Shown: positions 17,372-26,713 of the stretch, piece by piece
Position numbering within the stretch: position 1 is the stretch's first letter
Layout: each line of letters begins with the position of its first letter
Origin: an uncultured delta proteobacterium
Lineage (GTDB): Bacteria > Desulfobacterota > RBG-13-43-22
Assembly (NCBI GenBank): GCA_963843145.1
Contig: CAWJJC010000028.1
Location: 384,001-448,000 of the forward strand
Length of the DNA stretch: 64,000 nt
Direction: 5' to 3'
Position numbers and translations under genes: made by a program
The notes under the pieces: model-generated
What the model was told of the DNA's origin: nothing
Databases searched by the model: none
The model's input: the letters and a program-made list of their open reading frames with translations, nothing else

Positions 17372-18105
17372 GAAGGGTCCTTCCGCGGGCGACTTTTTTT
17401 GGGTCGGGGCGCCGGCAGCGGCCCCATCGATCGCCGGTCGCGAATCGGGGCCAGCCAGATGGTGTGTCGTCTCCCGCCCAGATGGCCCCAAGGCCGCACC
17501 TCCTCCACCCCGAAATCCGCGCGGCGCAGGCGCTGGGCAAAAGCCTGATCGGGTCCGGCTGACCAAACGGCCAGTATCCCGTCCGGCCGCAGGGCCCTCC
17601 GAATGACCTCTAGACCGGTCCCGTCGTAGAGCCGGTTATTGCCTTTACTGATCAGGTCCGCGGGGCCGTTGTCCACGTCCAGCAAAATGGCGTCGTAAGC
17701 CTGGTATTCGGATTGGAGTATTTTGACGACGTCCTCTTCCCGGACACGGACCCGTGGGTCTTGAAGTGGGTTGCCGGCCAAATGGGCCAGGGGGCCCCGG
17801 AGCCAGCGGACCACCGCCGGCACCAGTTCGGCCACCACCACCCGGCCCTGAGGTCCGATCTGGCGCAGAACCGCCGCCGTCGTGAACCCCAGACCCAACC
17901 CCCCGACCAGGATTCGGGGGCTGGCCCGGTCGGCGATCCGGGCGCAAGCCAAATCGCCCAAGGCGTCCTCCGAACCGTGGGCGGTGCTGTTCATGATTTC
18001 CCGGCCCTCCATCCGGATCGAAAACTCCTCCCCGCGCTTATACAGACACAGCTCTTGGTCGTTTCCGGGTACCGACGCGGAATCGAGCAATTCCCAGGGA
18101 ATCAT
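17365..18105 (-). CDS. Spermidine synthase-like SAM-dependent methyltransferase
   Basis: MNS..HGSE, LVGGLGLGFT, DAILLDVDNGP, LAVWS. Confidence 0.85.
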   Translation of the reverse strand: MIPWELLDSASVPGNDQELCLYKRGEEFSIRMEGREIMNSTAHGSEDALGDLACARIADRASPRILVGGLGLGFTTAAVLRQIGPQGRVVVAELVPAVVRWLRGPLAHLAGNPLQDPRVRVREEDVVKILQSEYQAYDAILLDVDNGPADLISKGNNRLYDGTGLEVIRRALRPDGILAVWSAGPDQAFAQRLRRADFGVEEVRPWGHLGGRRHTIWLAPIRDRRSMGPLPAPRPKKSRPRKDPSC

Positions 18106-18205
18106 GGCCGTTTCACCAAAGCAGCGGATGACGGTTTAAAGGCCAACAGGGACAGATCAATTATTAACGGCCTCATAACTGTATTTGAACGGGGTGTTCT
18201 TTTTA

Positions 18206-18309
18206 TCTCTCGCCCGCTTCGCTCGAGTTCTCAGAGGGCGCAGAGAAAGATGAATGTATTTTTTGAAAAATTATTTATTCTCTGAGATCTCTGTGTGCTC
18301 TGTGAGAGA
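18206..18309. repeat. Imperfect palindromic intergenic repeat (CAGAG/CTCTG-rich)
   Basis: CTCAGAGGGCGCAGAGAAAG...TTCTCTGAGATCTCTGTGTGCTCTGTGAG. Confidence 0.45.
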
Positions 18310-18511
18310 TCGTCTTTTGTCTTTGCTTGTGACTAAGCGGCGTTAAGGAATCCTATCAATATTATTTTGGGACCGTTAATAAGACCTTCTATAAATACGT
18401 TACCAGAAGTGCAGCCCGAAGGCAAGCCGCCGGGGTTGTCATTCACCTGCGCTGCCTGCGGGACCGGGGTGTCCGATTTGCGGACCCTCCGCTTGTTTGC
18501 CGGATCGAGGA

Positions 18512-19315
18512 TCACTTGCCGTGAGTCAGGGCGATCTTCTCGAACATGGTCACCAACCCCACGCAGAGCGAATAGATCGATTCGATTTTGAGGTTTTCTT
18601 CCGCGGTGACGTCAAAGAACAGGTGCAGTGAAGAATCCATACCGTCCTCGCTTTTCCAGTAACACAATAAAACGGGCAGTCGGGGCAGGGGATGGATGAC
18701 TACGGCGATATCCGAATTGAAGCGGTCGGGCGCGGGTTCACCCGCGAAAATTTCAATAAGCAGTTCCAGGAGTTCGGTATATTCGTCGATGACTTTTTTT
18801 AACGGCTTTTCGCAACGCTGTTCGAAAAGACGCCACCAGTCCGCTCCGCCCTTGGTGTCTCTAAGCGGAAGCCACTCCCCTCGGGGCTCTCGGCCGGCGC
18901 AATCCAGGAGATAGTTCAAAATCGGAATAGAAACCCACCGGTTCACGTGGCAATCGGAATGGATGACGCCTTCGGCATCAACGCTGAAAGGCTTGCCTAA
19001 ACAGGTGAGCGTCAATTCCCCCTGGTGGTAAATAGCGCCGCATCGTTCCGCGGCCTCGCCCAGGTCGATTTTCCGGATTCGCTGCCGCAGGTTTTCCAAC
19101 GCCTTCTGGCTGTCCCTTTCAATTGAGCCTCCTTCCCCGACGCCTCTCCGGGACTCAGTCGAGCTTTCCTCTTCCAGATAAGGGCAGTCGCCGAGCGTTT
19201 TTTTGCCCTGGAATACCGCCACTGAAAAAGCCAGGCAACTGGCTTGGCGGCATTCCCGGCAGTTTGTCTTGGGAAGCCGGTTCAAGACCTCCAAGTGACT
19301 GGTTATGCGGGTCAT
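18512..19315 (-). CDS. Fe-S domain plus DUF3786 protein
   Basis: N-terminal LPKTNCRECRQASCLAF...CPY Fe-S motif; PLPRLP...W...LFFD C-terminal domain. Confidence 0.8.
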   Translation of the reverse strand: MTRITSHLEVLNRLPKTNCRECRQASCLAFSVAVFQGKKTLGDCPYLEEESSTESRRGVGEGGSIERDSQKALENLRQRIRKIDLGEAAERCGAIYHQGELTLTCLGKPFSVDAEGVIHSDCHVNRWVSIPILNYLLDCAGREPRGEWLPLRDTKGGADWWRLFEQRCEKPLKKVIDEYTELLELLIEIFAGEPAPDRFNSDIAVVIHPLPRLPVLLCYWKSEDGMDSSLHLFFDVTAEENLKIESIYSLCVGLVTMFEKIALTHGK

Positions 19316-19340
19316 GGTCTTTTCTCCGTGGCTAAAAGAT

Positions 19341-19739
19341 TCAGGGATTCGAAATGCGGACGGTGAACACCACGGTTTTATCGGAGGGCGTGGCCTCCCA
19401 GGATCTCTTGTAGGTCAACCTTATCTCTGTAGTTCCCGCTTTGAGGGCCTTGAAGTGATAACGCTGCTCTCCACCCGATCCCGGACGCTGAGGGTAGGCC
19501 GGCTGGTAGGGGCTGCCGGTGAGTTCGAGATAGGAACGGTCGAAGTGTTCGTTGCCCCTCCAGGTGTATCCGGTCGTTTCATTGGCCTCGAGCCTGATCG
19601 TGAAAACCCTCCCCACCTTGGCCTGGATGTTCAGGTCCTTTTCGGAATAGAGGGCGCCGCCCTTTACCCCCGAGGTGGTGGCAGCGCAACCCAGGATTAG
19701 AAACATTACCACGATTCCGATACTGATTACCAGGGGCAT
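19341..19739 (-). CDS. Protease inhibitor I42 (chagasin) family lipoprotein
   Basis: Lipobox LGC, NETTGYTW, GSGG, Y.RSWE motifs. Confidence 0.85.
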   Translation of the reverse strand: MPLVISIGIVVMFLILGCAATTSGVKGGALYSEKDLNIQAKVGRVFTIRLEANETTGYTWRGNEHFDRSYLELTGSPYQPAYPQRPGSGGEQRYHFKALKAGTTEIRLTYKRSWEATPSDKTVVFTVRISNP

Positions 19740-19896
19740 TGTCTTCTCATCCTTTCTCTCCTTTTCTCCAACGTTCACCTCTGCCCGGCCGCCTGAAACA
19801 TACCGCTCGTCTTTCACCGTTTTGGACTGTTTGAATAGGTGGCTGCCCGGCTCAGTAGCGATGCCCTTGACGGCGAAGTTTGGAGCCATAGCAGGA

Positions 19897-20847
19897 TTAT
19901 CCCTGTCTGGATTCCAGGGCCTTGACCAAAGCCCTGATGGTGGTGTTAAACGGAGTTTCGATTCCGGCCTGTCTCCCGTACTCGATAAACTTCCCGTTGA
20001 TGAAATCGATTTCCGTCCGGCGCCGCTGTTCCACGTCCACCAGCATGGAGGGTTTATGATGGCCCGCGCTTTCCATATATTCCCTGGCGAACGAATAAAA
20101 GTCCCACCCTACGGCGATTTCATTGGCCCGGGCCACCCGGATGCACTCTTTCAGTAAGGAATCGATTAATTGGAATATAATCGGATCCTCCAAGGCCTGC
20201 TTCATCGTTTGACCGGTGACCGCGCAAACCGGGTTCATGCAGGCGTTCATGACCGCTTTCCGCCAGACCAGGGGGATAATCTGATCGGTGTGTTCGGTGG
20301 CCAGTCCCGAGCGGGTCAGGGTCTCGGCCAGGGCCTTAGCCGAAGGCCGAGTTTCCGGGGCCAGCTCCTGAAGGTAATGAGGGGGATGATGAAAAACCAG
20401 CCGGACCCGGCCTGGTTGAATCAGCCCGCAGCCGTAATTTACCACGGCCCGCATCACCGGGGCCCGCCCTAAGACCCGGGCGACTTCAACTTCCGTGTCG
20501 ATCCCGTTTTGCCAACTCACTACGACCATTCCCTTTCGGTAAAAAGTCTCGATCGCCGAAGCGATCAGCGGAATGGCCGAGGCCTTGACGGTCAGGAATA
20601 TTACGGCCGGACGGTATTGGGCCAGTTCGTCGACATGAATGCAGGTGGCGAACACTTTTTGTTGCAGCCTGGCCGCACCTTCGATGGTTATCCCCGGATC
20701 AAGAGCAGGTTTAATCAGGTCCGGGTTGATATCGCAGAGGATGACTTTTTCCCCTTCCTTGGCCAGAAAAGCGGCCAGGGTGCAGCCCACCGGCCCGGCG
20801 CCTATCACCGCTATCGTGCTGGGAACTAAAATTCCTTTCGGTTTCAT
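19897..20847 (-). CDS. panE: 2-dehydropantoate 2-reductase (ApbA/PanE family)
   Basis: GAGPVG, QNG, W.K...N, SML.D...RRTEIDFING. Confidence 0.85.
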   Translation of the reverse strand: MKPKGILVPSTIAVIGAGPVGCTLAAFLAKEGEKVILCDINPDLIKPALDPGITIEGAARLQQKVFATCIHVDELAQYRPAVIFLTVKASAIPLIASAIETFYRKGMVVVSWQNGIDTEVEVARVLGRAPVMRAVVNYGCGLIQPGRVRLVFHHPPHYLQELAPETRPSAKALAETLTRSGLATEHTDQIIPLVWRKAVMNACMNPVCAVTGQTMKQALEDPIIFQLIDSLLKECIRVARANEIAVGWDFYSFAREYMESAGHHKPSMLVDVEQRRRTEIDFINGKFIEYGRQAGIETPFNTTIRALVKALESRQG

Positions 20848-20859
20848 GGGAGGCCCTTT

Positions 20860-21291
20860 CTACGAATACTCAAAAGAAGTGGGATCCAGCAGTCTGATCC
20901 CGTGCCCTTGAAGCAGGGCCATAGCCCTGTCGCTATCGTTGAAGCGGAAAATCATGATCGCCTTTCCGGTGGGGGCGCCGACCAGGCCATAGGCGTAGTT
21001 GATGCTGATCCCTCCTTCCAGAAGTGGTTTCAATATCCGGGCCAAGCCGCCCGGTTGATCTTCAATTTCCACGGCGATCACTTCGTCCACCCTGGCGGGC
21101 ATATTCCCGGTCATCAAGATCTGCATGGCCAGGGTGACATTCGAGACCAGTAGGCGAAGGACTCCGAATTCCCCCACATCGGCTATCTGTAGGGCCCGGA
21201 TGCTGATCCCGGCTTCCCCCAAGGACTGAGCGACCTGAAATAATCGCCCCGGGGCGTTTTCGATAAAAACGGATAGTTGCTTAATTTTCAT
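20860..21291 (-). CDS. Tandem ACT domain protein
   Basis: QLSVFIEN.PGRL, D.PGGLA. Confidence 0.88.
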   Translation of the reverse strand: MKIKQLSVFIENAPGRLFQVAQSLGEAGISIRALQIADVGEFGVLRLLVSNVTLAMQILMTGNMPARVDEVIAVEIEDQPGGLARILKPLLEGGISINYAYGLVGAPTGKAIMIFRFNDSDRAMALLQGHGIRLLDPTSFEYS

Positions 21292-21477
21292 GTTTCCTCC
21301 TTTTTATAGGCTTTTCCCTCTCGGCTGGCGCCGAAGAGAGAGGATTGGGGAAGCGTATTCCCATTCTAAATCAGATCGTCTTTTTTTGACCACAAAATCT
21401 TTTAGGTGGATTATAATTTCGACAAACCCCCATGCTCAGGGCGGGTACCCGTGAAGCAGGAAAAAAACAGACCCCGG

Positions 21478-21574
21478 GTCATTGCGAGGAGCGAAGTGAC
21501 GAAGCAATCCCCCAGTTGGCTTATAACGCCCCCCAAGCCCTACCGGGGGATTGCTTCGCTTCGCTCGCAATGAC
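21478..21574. repeat. Palindromic element GTCATTGCGAG...GAAGCAATCCCC / GGGGATTGCTTC...CTCGCAATGAC
   Basis: Long terminal inverted repeats; degenerate copy at ~48235-48305. Confidence 0.75.
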
Positions 21575-21615
21575 ACACTTGTTTGGGCTTATTTTCGTAT
21601 TATAAGGAGAAGATC

Positions 21616-22492
21616 ATGATTGAAGATTGGTTGGCCAATGCCTATGAAGGGATGTCCCGGCGGCAGTTTCTCGCGCGGATGAGCGCTGCGGGTTTCGGCC
21701 TGGCCGGATTCGCGGTCGCCGCCGATCCGGTGGAGGGCGAAGTCATCACCACACCTGCCCAGGGACTGGAAACGGCCGCAGGGGAAGTTCCCCGTGGCGA
21801 TTTCCAGATTCCGATCTACGAGGCCCGTCCCGCTGCTCCAGGGAGGTATCCGGTCGTGCTTGTCCTCCCCGAGATTTTCGGGCTGCATGCTCACATCCAG
21901 GATGTCACCCGCCGGTTCGCTCGGGAAGGCTTCCTGGGCCTCACCTTTGAGCCTTACGCACGGGAAGGCGGCGTTCTGCAGCTTCCCGACCTGGCCGCCG
22001 TGCGGAAGGTGACGGATCGGATTCCGGACGCGCGGGTCATGGAGGACCTGGACGCTCTGGTGGCCTATGCCCGGCGGCACCCGGCCGGGCAGGGGGATCG
22101 GATCGGGGTGACGGGTTTCTGTCGCGGGGGAATGTACACCCTGCTCTTTCGCGGCCCATAGTCGCGGGCTGAAGGCCGCTGTTGCCTGGTACGGCCAGAT
22201 CCGGCCTGCAAAAATCCCGGGCGTCCGTTCAGCCGGACCCCTCGATCTGGCCGCGCAGATTAAAATACCCGTCCTCGGCCTATATGGTGAGGCGGACCTG
22301 GGGATTCCTGCGGACGACGTCAGGGAGATGGAGGCGGCCCTCAAGGCTTCCGGCACAGCGACCGAGTTCGTGCTTTACCCTGAGGCGCCGCACGCCTTTT
22401 TCGCGGATTATCGTCCCAGCTTTCGGCCGGAAGCGGCCGCTGATGCCTGGCGCCGCTGTCTGGCCTGGTTCAATAAATACTTGAAAGTTTAA
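21616..22492 (+). CDS. Dienelactone hydrolase family protein with Tat-like signal, split by a +1 T near 22147
   Basis: SRRQFL, EIFG, GFCRGG nucleophile, then frame change to AAVAWYG...GLYGEAD...[12 protein letters not shown]. Confidence 0.85.
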
Positions 22493-22498
22493 CCAGGA

Positions 22499-23038
22499 TC
22501 ATTCCTTCCGGGTTAAAGTCATCTCCATCATCTTTTCTTCTTTGCCCCCCTTGGCGGTGATGAACATTTCATAGGCCACAGTATTGTCATTAATGATCCT
22601 GGAGACACTACGCCAAGTCATGGGACCCCGGACCGGGTCGTCGTAGCGGCTTACCTGGGTAATGGTCTTGCCATTCGGACTGGCAGTCCCTTCAAAAAAA
22701 TAGATACCGGTGCTCATGGAGTCGATCCAGGTTGACACGTATTTCTTGGTATGGTTGTCATACCCGATGACATTGATGCCTTTGAAGGTACTTCCCATCA
22801 TCTTGCCGGTATATACCTGCTCCAGGAATCGTCCATCAAGGATCATCTTTTGTTTGCAGGTACCTGTGGATTCGACGGGGGGCTTATCGGGTTCCATCCA
22901 GCCCTTGGTCTTAGTAATCCAACTTCCCGCCTGACGCGCCAGTCGCTTGTGCGGCGCGCCCGGAGTTCCCACCTTCTGATAGACTTTCATGATCGCCTGC
23001 ATGTCCATCTTGCCTGCCTGTTTTTTCTCTTTTGCCAT
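22499..23038 (-). CDS. DUF1579 domain protein
   Basis: PGAPHK.L...GSW, GYDN..KKYVSTWIDSMSTG. Confidence 0.85.
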   Translation of the reverse strand: MAKEKKQAGKMDMQAIMKVYQKVGTPGAPHKRLARQAGSWITKTKGWMEPDKPPVESTGTCKQKMILDGRFLEQVYTGKMMGSTFKGINVIGYDNHTKKYVSTWIDSMSTGIYFFEGTASPNGKTITQVSRYDDPVRGPMTWRSVSRIINDNTVAYEMFITAKGGKEEKMMEMTLTRKE

Positions 23039-23241
23039 CGCAAACCTCCTTATGGATGTGGCCACCCGGGTCCGCCGCCGGACTGCGGCCTGGTGAACAA
23101 GTTAATACCATCCGGCGTAGTTTCCCCTTCGAGATTATCTTTTAATTCTTACTCATTATCCCAATTAAATAAATGGTGTAAACCGTGTATTTATTAAGAA
23201 AAAAAAGAGTATTTTTCTTTGAAAAAGGACGGTTCAACCGC

Positions 23242-24582
23242 TCAGGAAGGAAAACACCGGGCGAATTGTTTCATCAACCGCGGGGAGCCCTTGATGCGGA
23301 TCTTCCGTTGGATCAGGGCCGGGAGGAGGCCTTTTTCTTTGGCCAGAAAATCCACCCAAGTCCGGCTGTCCGCCGTGAGCTGCAGGTCCGCTTTTCCCAC
23401 GTGGCCGGGTTGAACCAAAATCTGTTGGTCTTTGATGACCGCCGTGCCGGTCAATTCTTCAGCCCCGGTAAAAGTGAAATGGTAGGTGGCGTTCATTCCT
23501 TCGGATTGCCCCCGCTGAAAAATCAAGGGCAGGCTTTCTAAGAAACTCTTCGCGGAGCCGGCCCGAAGGCCGTTGCCGATCAGCCTGGCTTTCTTATGAG
23601 GAAAACGCTTGGCCAGGTATTGTTCGGCATCCGAACCGGGTACTACAAAGATGGCTTCTTCTTTGTTTTGAAAAGGTTTGACCACCTCGTCCAAATAAGT
23701 TTGGCGGTCGTCCAGAAAAGGACCGATGACCTCCTCCCCGGCGGGACAGACAGCCAGGCAGTAGGAGGATTTGTTGCATATGCCGTAACTCAGGGACTGC
23801 CACATGGAGGTCGTCTCGGGATCGCCGACTTTCCGGCGATAAGCGGCCACGTCCCGGCTGGTGACCACCCGCTCCACCCAATCCTGAAAACCACCCAACC
23901 GGTCGCGGTAGTTGTGGGTCAGACAGGCGGTAAAATTGAAATGACCGTCCGGGGAGATGGCCCCGACCGGGCAGACGGCAACACAAAGTCGGCATTCCAC
24001 ACAGGGGTTATAATCCAGGGGTTGGTCATAGGCGGTGGCTTCCCGGTCCAGCAGGATGGTGCCTAAAACAATAAAGCTGCCGAACCGGGGATGGATCACC
24101 AGGCGGTGGTGCCCAATCTTTCCCAATCCCGCGGCCTCGGCGATGGTTTTGTGGGAAATCGGCCACATCTTCCCGGGCCATTTGGCCATATTCATGGGAA
24201 ACCCGCCCGAGAGGTAAAGTGCCCGGATGCCGTCCACTTCCAGCCTGCCGGCCAAACGGCGAGCCGCTTCGTTGATTTTTTCAAAGGTCCGCAAAAACTC
24301 CAGATCGGATACGTCCCGGGAGGGGCAACGGATATTCTCACGATTCATCTTGCAGACCAGGCTGACCAGGCTTTTTGTCCGGGGAAAGATCTCCAGGATG
24401 TCCGCGCGCTGATCATTTATTTCCGGGCGGTTCAGTTCGACGACGGCGGCATCGTCGGCACCGGCTTCCAACGCCAGGGTTTTAAGCCGAACGGCATCTA
24501 TTTTTTCCTGGTTCAGGGGAAGAGAATGGGCGGAGGCCTTCTCCCGGTAGCGTTTTACCGTCGGGTGCTCGTTGAGTTGCAT
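23242..24582 (-). CDS. QueG/reductive-dehalogenase-like 4Fe-4S protein fused to SCP2 sterol-binding domain
   Basis: SHK..AEAAGLG..G...L.IHPRFGS, CxxCxxCxxxCP, second C...CP; C-terminal SCP2 (KIRIKG...F..CF). Confidence 0.75.
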   Translation of the reverse strand: MQLNEHPTVKRYREKASAHSLPLNQEKIDAVRLKTLALEAGADDAAVVELNRPEINDQRADILEIFPRTKSLVSLVCKMNRENIRCPSRDVSDLEFLRTFEKINEAARRLAGRLEVDGIRALYLSGGFPMNMAKWPGKMWPISHKTIAEAAGLGKIGHHRLVIHPRFGSFIVLGTILLDREATAYDQPLDYNPCVECRLCVAVCPVGAISPDGHFNFTACLTHNYRDRLGGFQDWVERVVTSRDVAAYRRKVGDPETTSMWQSLSYGICNKSSYCLAVCPAGEEVIGPFLDDRQTYLDEVVKPFQNKEEAIFVVPGSDAEQYLAKRFPHKKARLIGNGLRAGSAKSFLESLPLIFQRGQSEGMNATYHFTFTGAEELTGTAVIKDQQILVQPGHVGKADLQLTADSRTWVDFLAKEKGLLPALIQRKIRIKGSPRLMKQFARCFPS

Positions 24583-24608
24583 CGGATGATCTCCCTTTTT
24601 GGTCGAGG

Positions 24609-25046
24609 TTAGGCTTCCCAGACCTCCGGCGGAACCATGCCCATAGACTGATATTCGATTCGGTACGGAGTGATTTTGCAGACCACATAATTGGGGTCGT
24701 CCGGTCCGGAAAATACATTCTTGAGGTGGTCGAACCAGACCGTTTTCTTACTTCGATCATCGGTCAGGATTTCCGCCCGGCCCTGGATCTGTAAATAGGA
24801 TTCAGCCGTTTCCATGGTAGCCACACCGGTGGTCAGGTGGACCTCCGGGTTTTTCTTGATCTGGGCAACTTTCCGGGAACCCAGGAAGGTGGCCATCCAG
24901 AGGGTCAGGTCTTCATCGGCGAAAGGAGTGACATAGCGGACCCAGGGTTTACCATCTTCAGTCAGCGTTCCCAGGGCGCAAAGGGTCGGTCCGGTTAATT
25001 TAGCCAAAATTTTCTTTTTAAGTTCCTGGGTGGGTGATTGGGCCAT
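24609..25046 (-). CDS. Pyridoxamine 5'-phosphate oxidase-like FMN-binding protein (general stress protein 26-like)
   Basis: T..GKPWVRY, SRKV.QI..NP.V, F.GPDDPNY. Confidence 0.85.
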   Translation of the reverse strand: MAQSPTQELKKKILAKLTGPTLCALGTLTEDGKPWVRYVTPFADEDLTLWMATFLGSRKVAQIKKNPEVHLTTGVATMETAESYLQIQGRAEILTDDRSKKTVWFDHLKNVFSGPDDPNYVVCKITPYRIEYQSMGMVPPEVWEA

Positions 25047-25094
25047 TTTCTTCCTCCTTTTTCTATATTTATAAGAAACATTAATAAATATCGA

Positions 25095-25682
25095 TTAACT
25101 GATTAATATATAATTAAAAATAGATTTGAGATGATTTTCAAGAGGGGCAGGACCCTTGACCGCTTTCATGTGCATGAGGGCCCCATGCCAGCTATAAACC
25201 AGGAAATAGGCCGCCTCTCGCACCTCCAGGCCCTTTGATAAATCTCCGGATTCCTGTGCTTCGGCCAACACGCCAGCGTATAAATCCACCATAGCATCCA
25301 GCCCTTGCCTGAGCTTTTCCCTGAAAGCCGGGCTTAAGTCCCCCATTTCCTGGGCCAGGTTGCCTATCGGACAGCCATAAGCAAAATCTCTCGATTTGAA
25401 GAATTCAATAAACCAGCCGAGGAAATTCCTGACCCGGTCCAACGGCGGAACAGAGCGGTCCTCGAGGGCCTCCCTGGCTAGCTTTGAATAAAATTCCATA
25501 AAATAATCGATTACTTGAATGCCAAAATCTTCTTTGTTCTTGAAATAATTATAAAATGATCCCTTGGGCACTCCTGCCGCCCGTAGCACTTCCTGAACGC
25601 CGGTATGATTGAACCCTTTGAGGTGGATGATCTCGGCGCCGCACTCTAAAATCCTGGTTTTGGTATCTTCCTTCATTGTCAA
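25095..25682 (-). CDS. TetR family regulator (NemR/LmrA type)
   Basis: AGVPKGSFYNYFKNKE helix-turn-helix; GCPIGNLAQE. Confidence 0.9.
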   Translation of the reverse strand: MTMKEDTKTRILECGAEIIHLKGFNHTGVQEVLRAAGVPKGSFYNYFKNKEDFGIQVIDYFMEFYSKLAREALEDRSVPPLDRVRNFLGWFIEFFKSRDFAYGCPIGNLAQEMGDLSPAFREKLRQGLDAMVDLYAGVLAEAQESGDLSKGLEVREAAYFLVYSWHGALMHMKAVKGPAPLENHLKSIFNYILIS

Positions 25683-25721
25683 TTCGCTTATGCCTATTTT
25701 TTATTTTAGCGATTGACCATA

Positions 25722-25750
25722 ATAATAGACCGGTCGTCTTAATATGTCAA
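25722..25750 (-). promoter_or_regulatory. TetR promoter with NemR-like operator
   Basis: Minus-strand TTGACA-17-TATTAT; spacer holds the palindrome TAGACCGGTCGTCTTA. Confidence 0.7.
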
Positions 25751-25913
25751 TTAATTTCTTATCGGAAGGGAAGCTGGATTCCAACCTCTCGTTAGATGAA
25801 GGATCGGAATCCAGCTTCTTAAGCTATTTCTGGCCTCCGTCCGGAGTTTATCCCGCGGACGGCAGGATCGGAGTGGCGAGGTGGTTCATCCCGCCCATAG
25901 CAAGAGACCGGCT

Positions 25914-26636
25914 TTATAGACTGTTGATACGCTGCAGGTCGATCTCCTTCAGGACTTGAATCCCTTTCGTCTTCATGGTTTCGAGGGCCTTCGCTGTAGT
26001 GTCGGGCGCTACGCCCTTGCTCAGACCTTCGATGACGACAACTTTGTAGCCGTTGGCGGCGGCATCGACGGCGGTGGCCAGGACGCAGTAATCAGTGGCT
26101 AGTCCATACACCACCAGCTTCTTGATGCCCGCCGCTTTGAGGATGGAGTCCATCTCGGTCTTGGCCCCTCCGTCATCCTGGAAACCCGAGTAGCTGTCGA
26201 ATTTCGGGTTCTGACCTTTCTTGACGATTGCCTGAAAGATGTTGTTGTCGAGGAGGACTTTGGCCCCATCGGTTCCCTGGACGCAATGGGGCGGCCAAAG
26301 GACCTGGGTCTTGCCGTTTACCTTAATGACCTCGAACGGTTTCTTGCCCACATGGTTAGTGGCGAAGGAAATATGAAGGGCCGGATGCCAGTCCTGGGTT
26401 CCGTAGATGGGAAAGCCTTCCTTTTTTAAAAGGGCCGTGGCCTCCGTCACCTTCTTGACGTAGGCTTCATCCGCCCCGTTGACCGCCAAGGATCCGTTCT
26501 TCCAGGTGGTGAAATCACCCTGCAGGTCGACCACAATCACACCTGTTTTCTCCCCAGCGGAAATTGCTGACAGGGGAGCCAGGCAGAACAACACCGACAG
26601 AACCGTACACCATAAGAAAATTGCTACGTTTTTCAT
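25914..26636 (-). CDS. pncA: Nicotinamidase/pyrazinamidase with N-terminal signal peptide
   Basis: VDLQGDF, DWHP..H, WPPHCVQGT, YSGF, GLATDYCV. Confidence 0.88.
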   Translation of the reverse strand: MKNVAIFLWCTVLSVLFCLAPLSAISAGEKTGVIVVDLQGDFTTWKNGSLAVNGADEAYVKKVTEATALLKKEGFPIYGTQDWHPALHISFATNHVGKKPFEVIKVNGKTQVLWPPHCVQGTDGAKVLLDNNIFQAIVKKGQNPKFDSYSGFQDDGGAKTEMDSILKAAGIKKLVVYGLATDYCVLATAVDAAANGYKVVVIEGLSKGVAPDTTAKALETMKTKGIQVLKEIDLQRINSL

Positions 26637-26713
26637 TGTTCTTCCTCCTTGTTCTTATTGTAAAACCATGATTTGGCGCGATAGGCTTCCCCGATGAGGA
26701 TACTCCACCGCAG

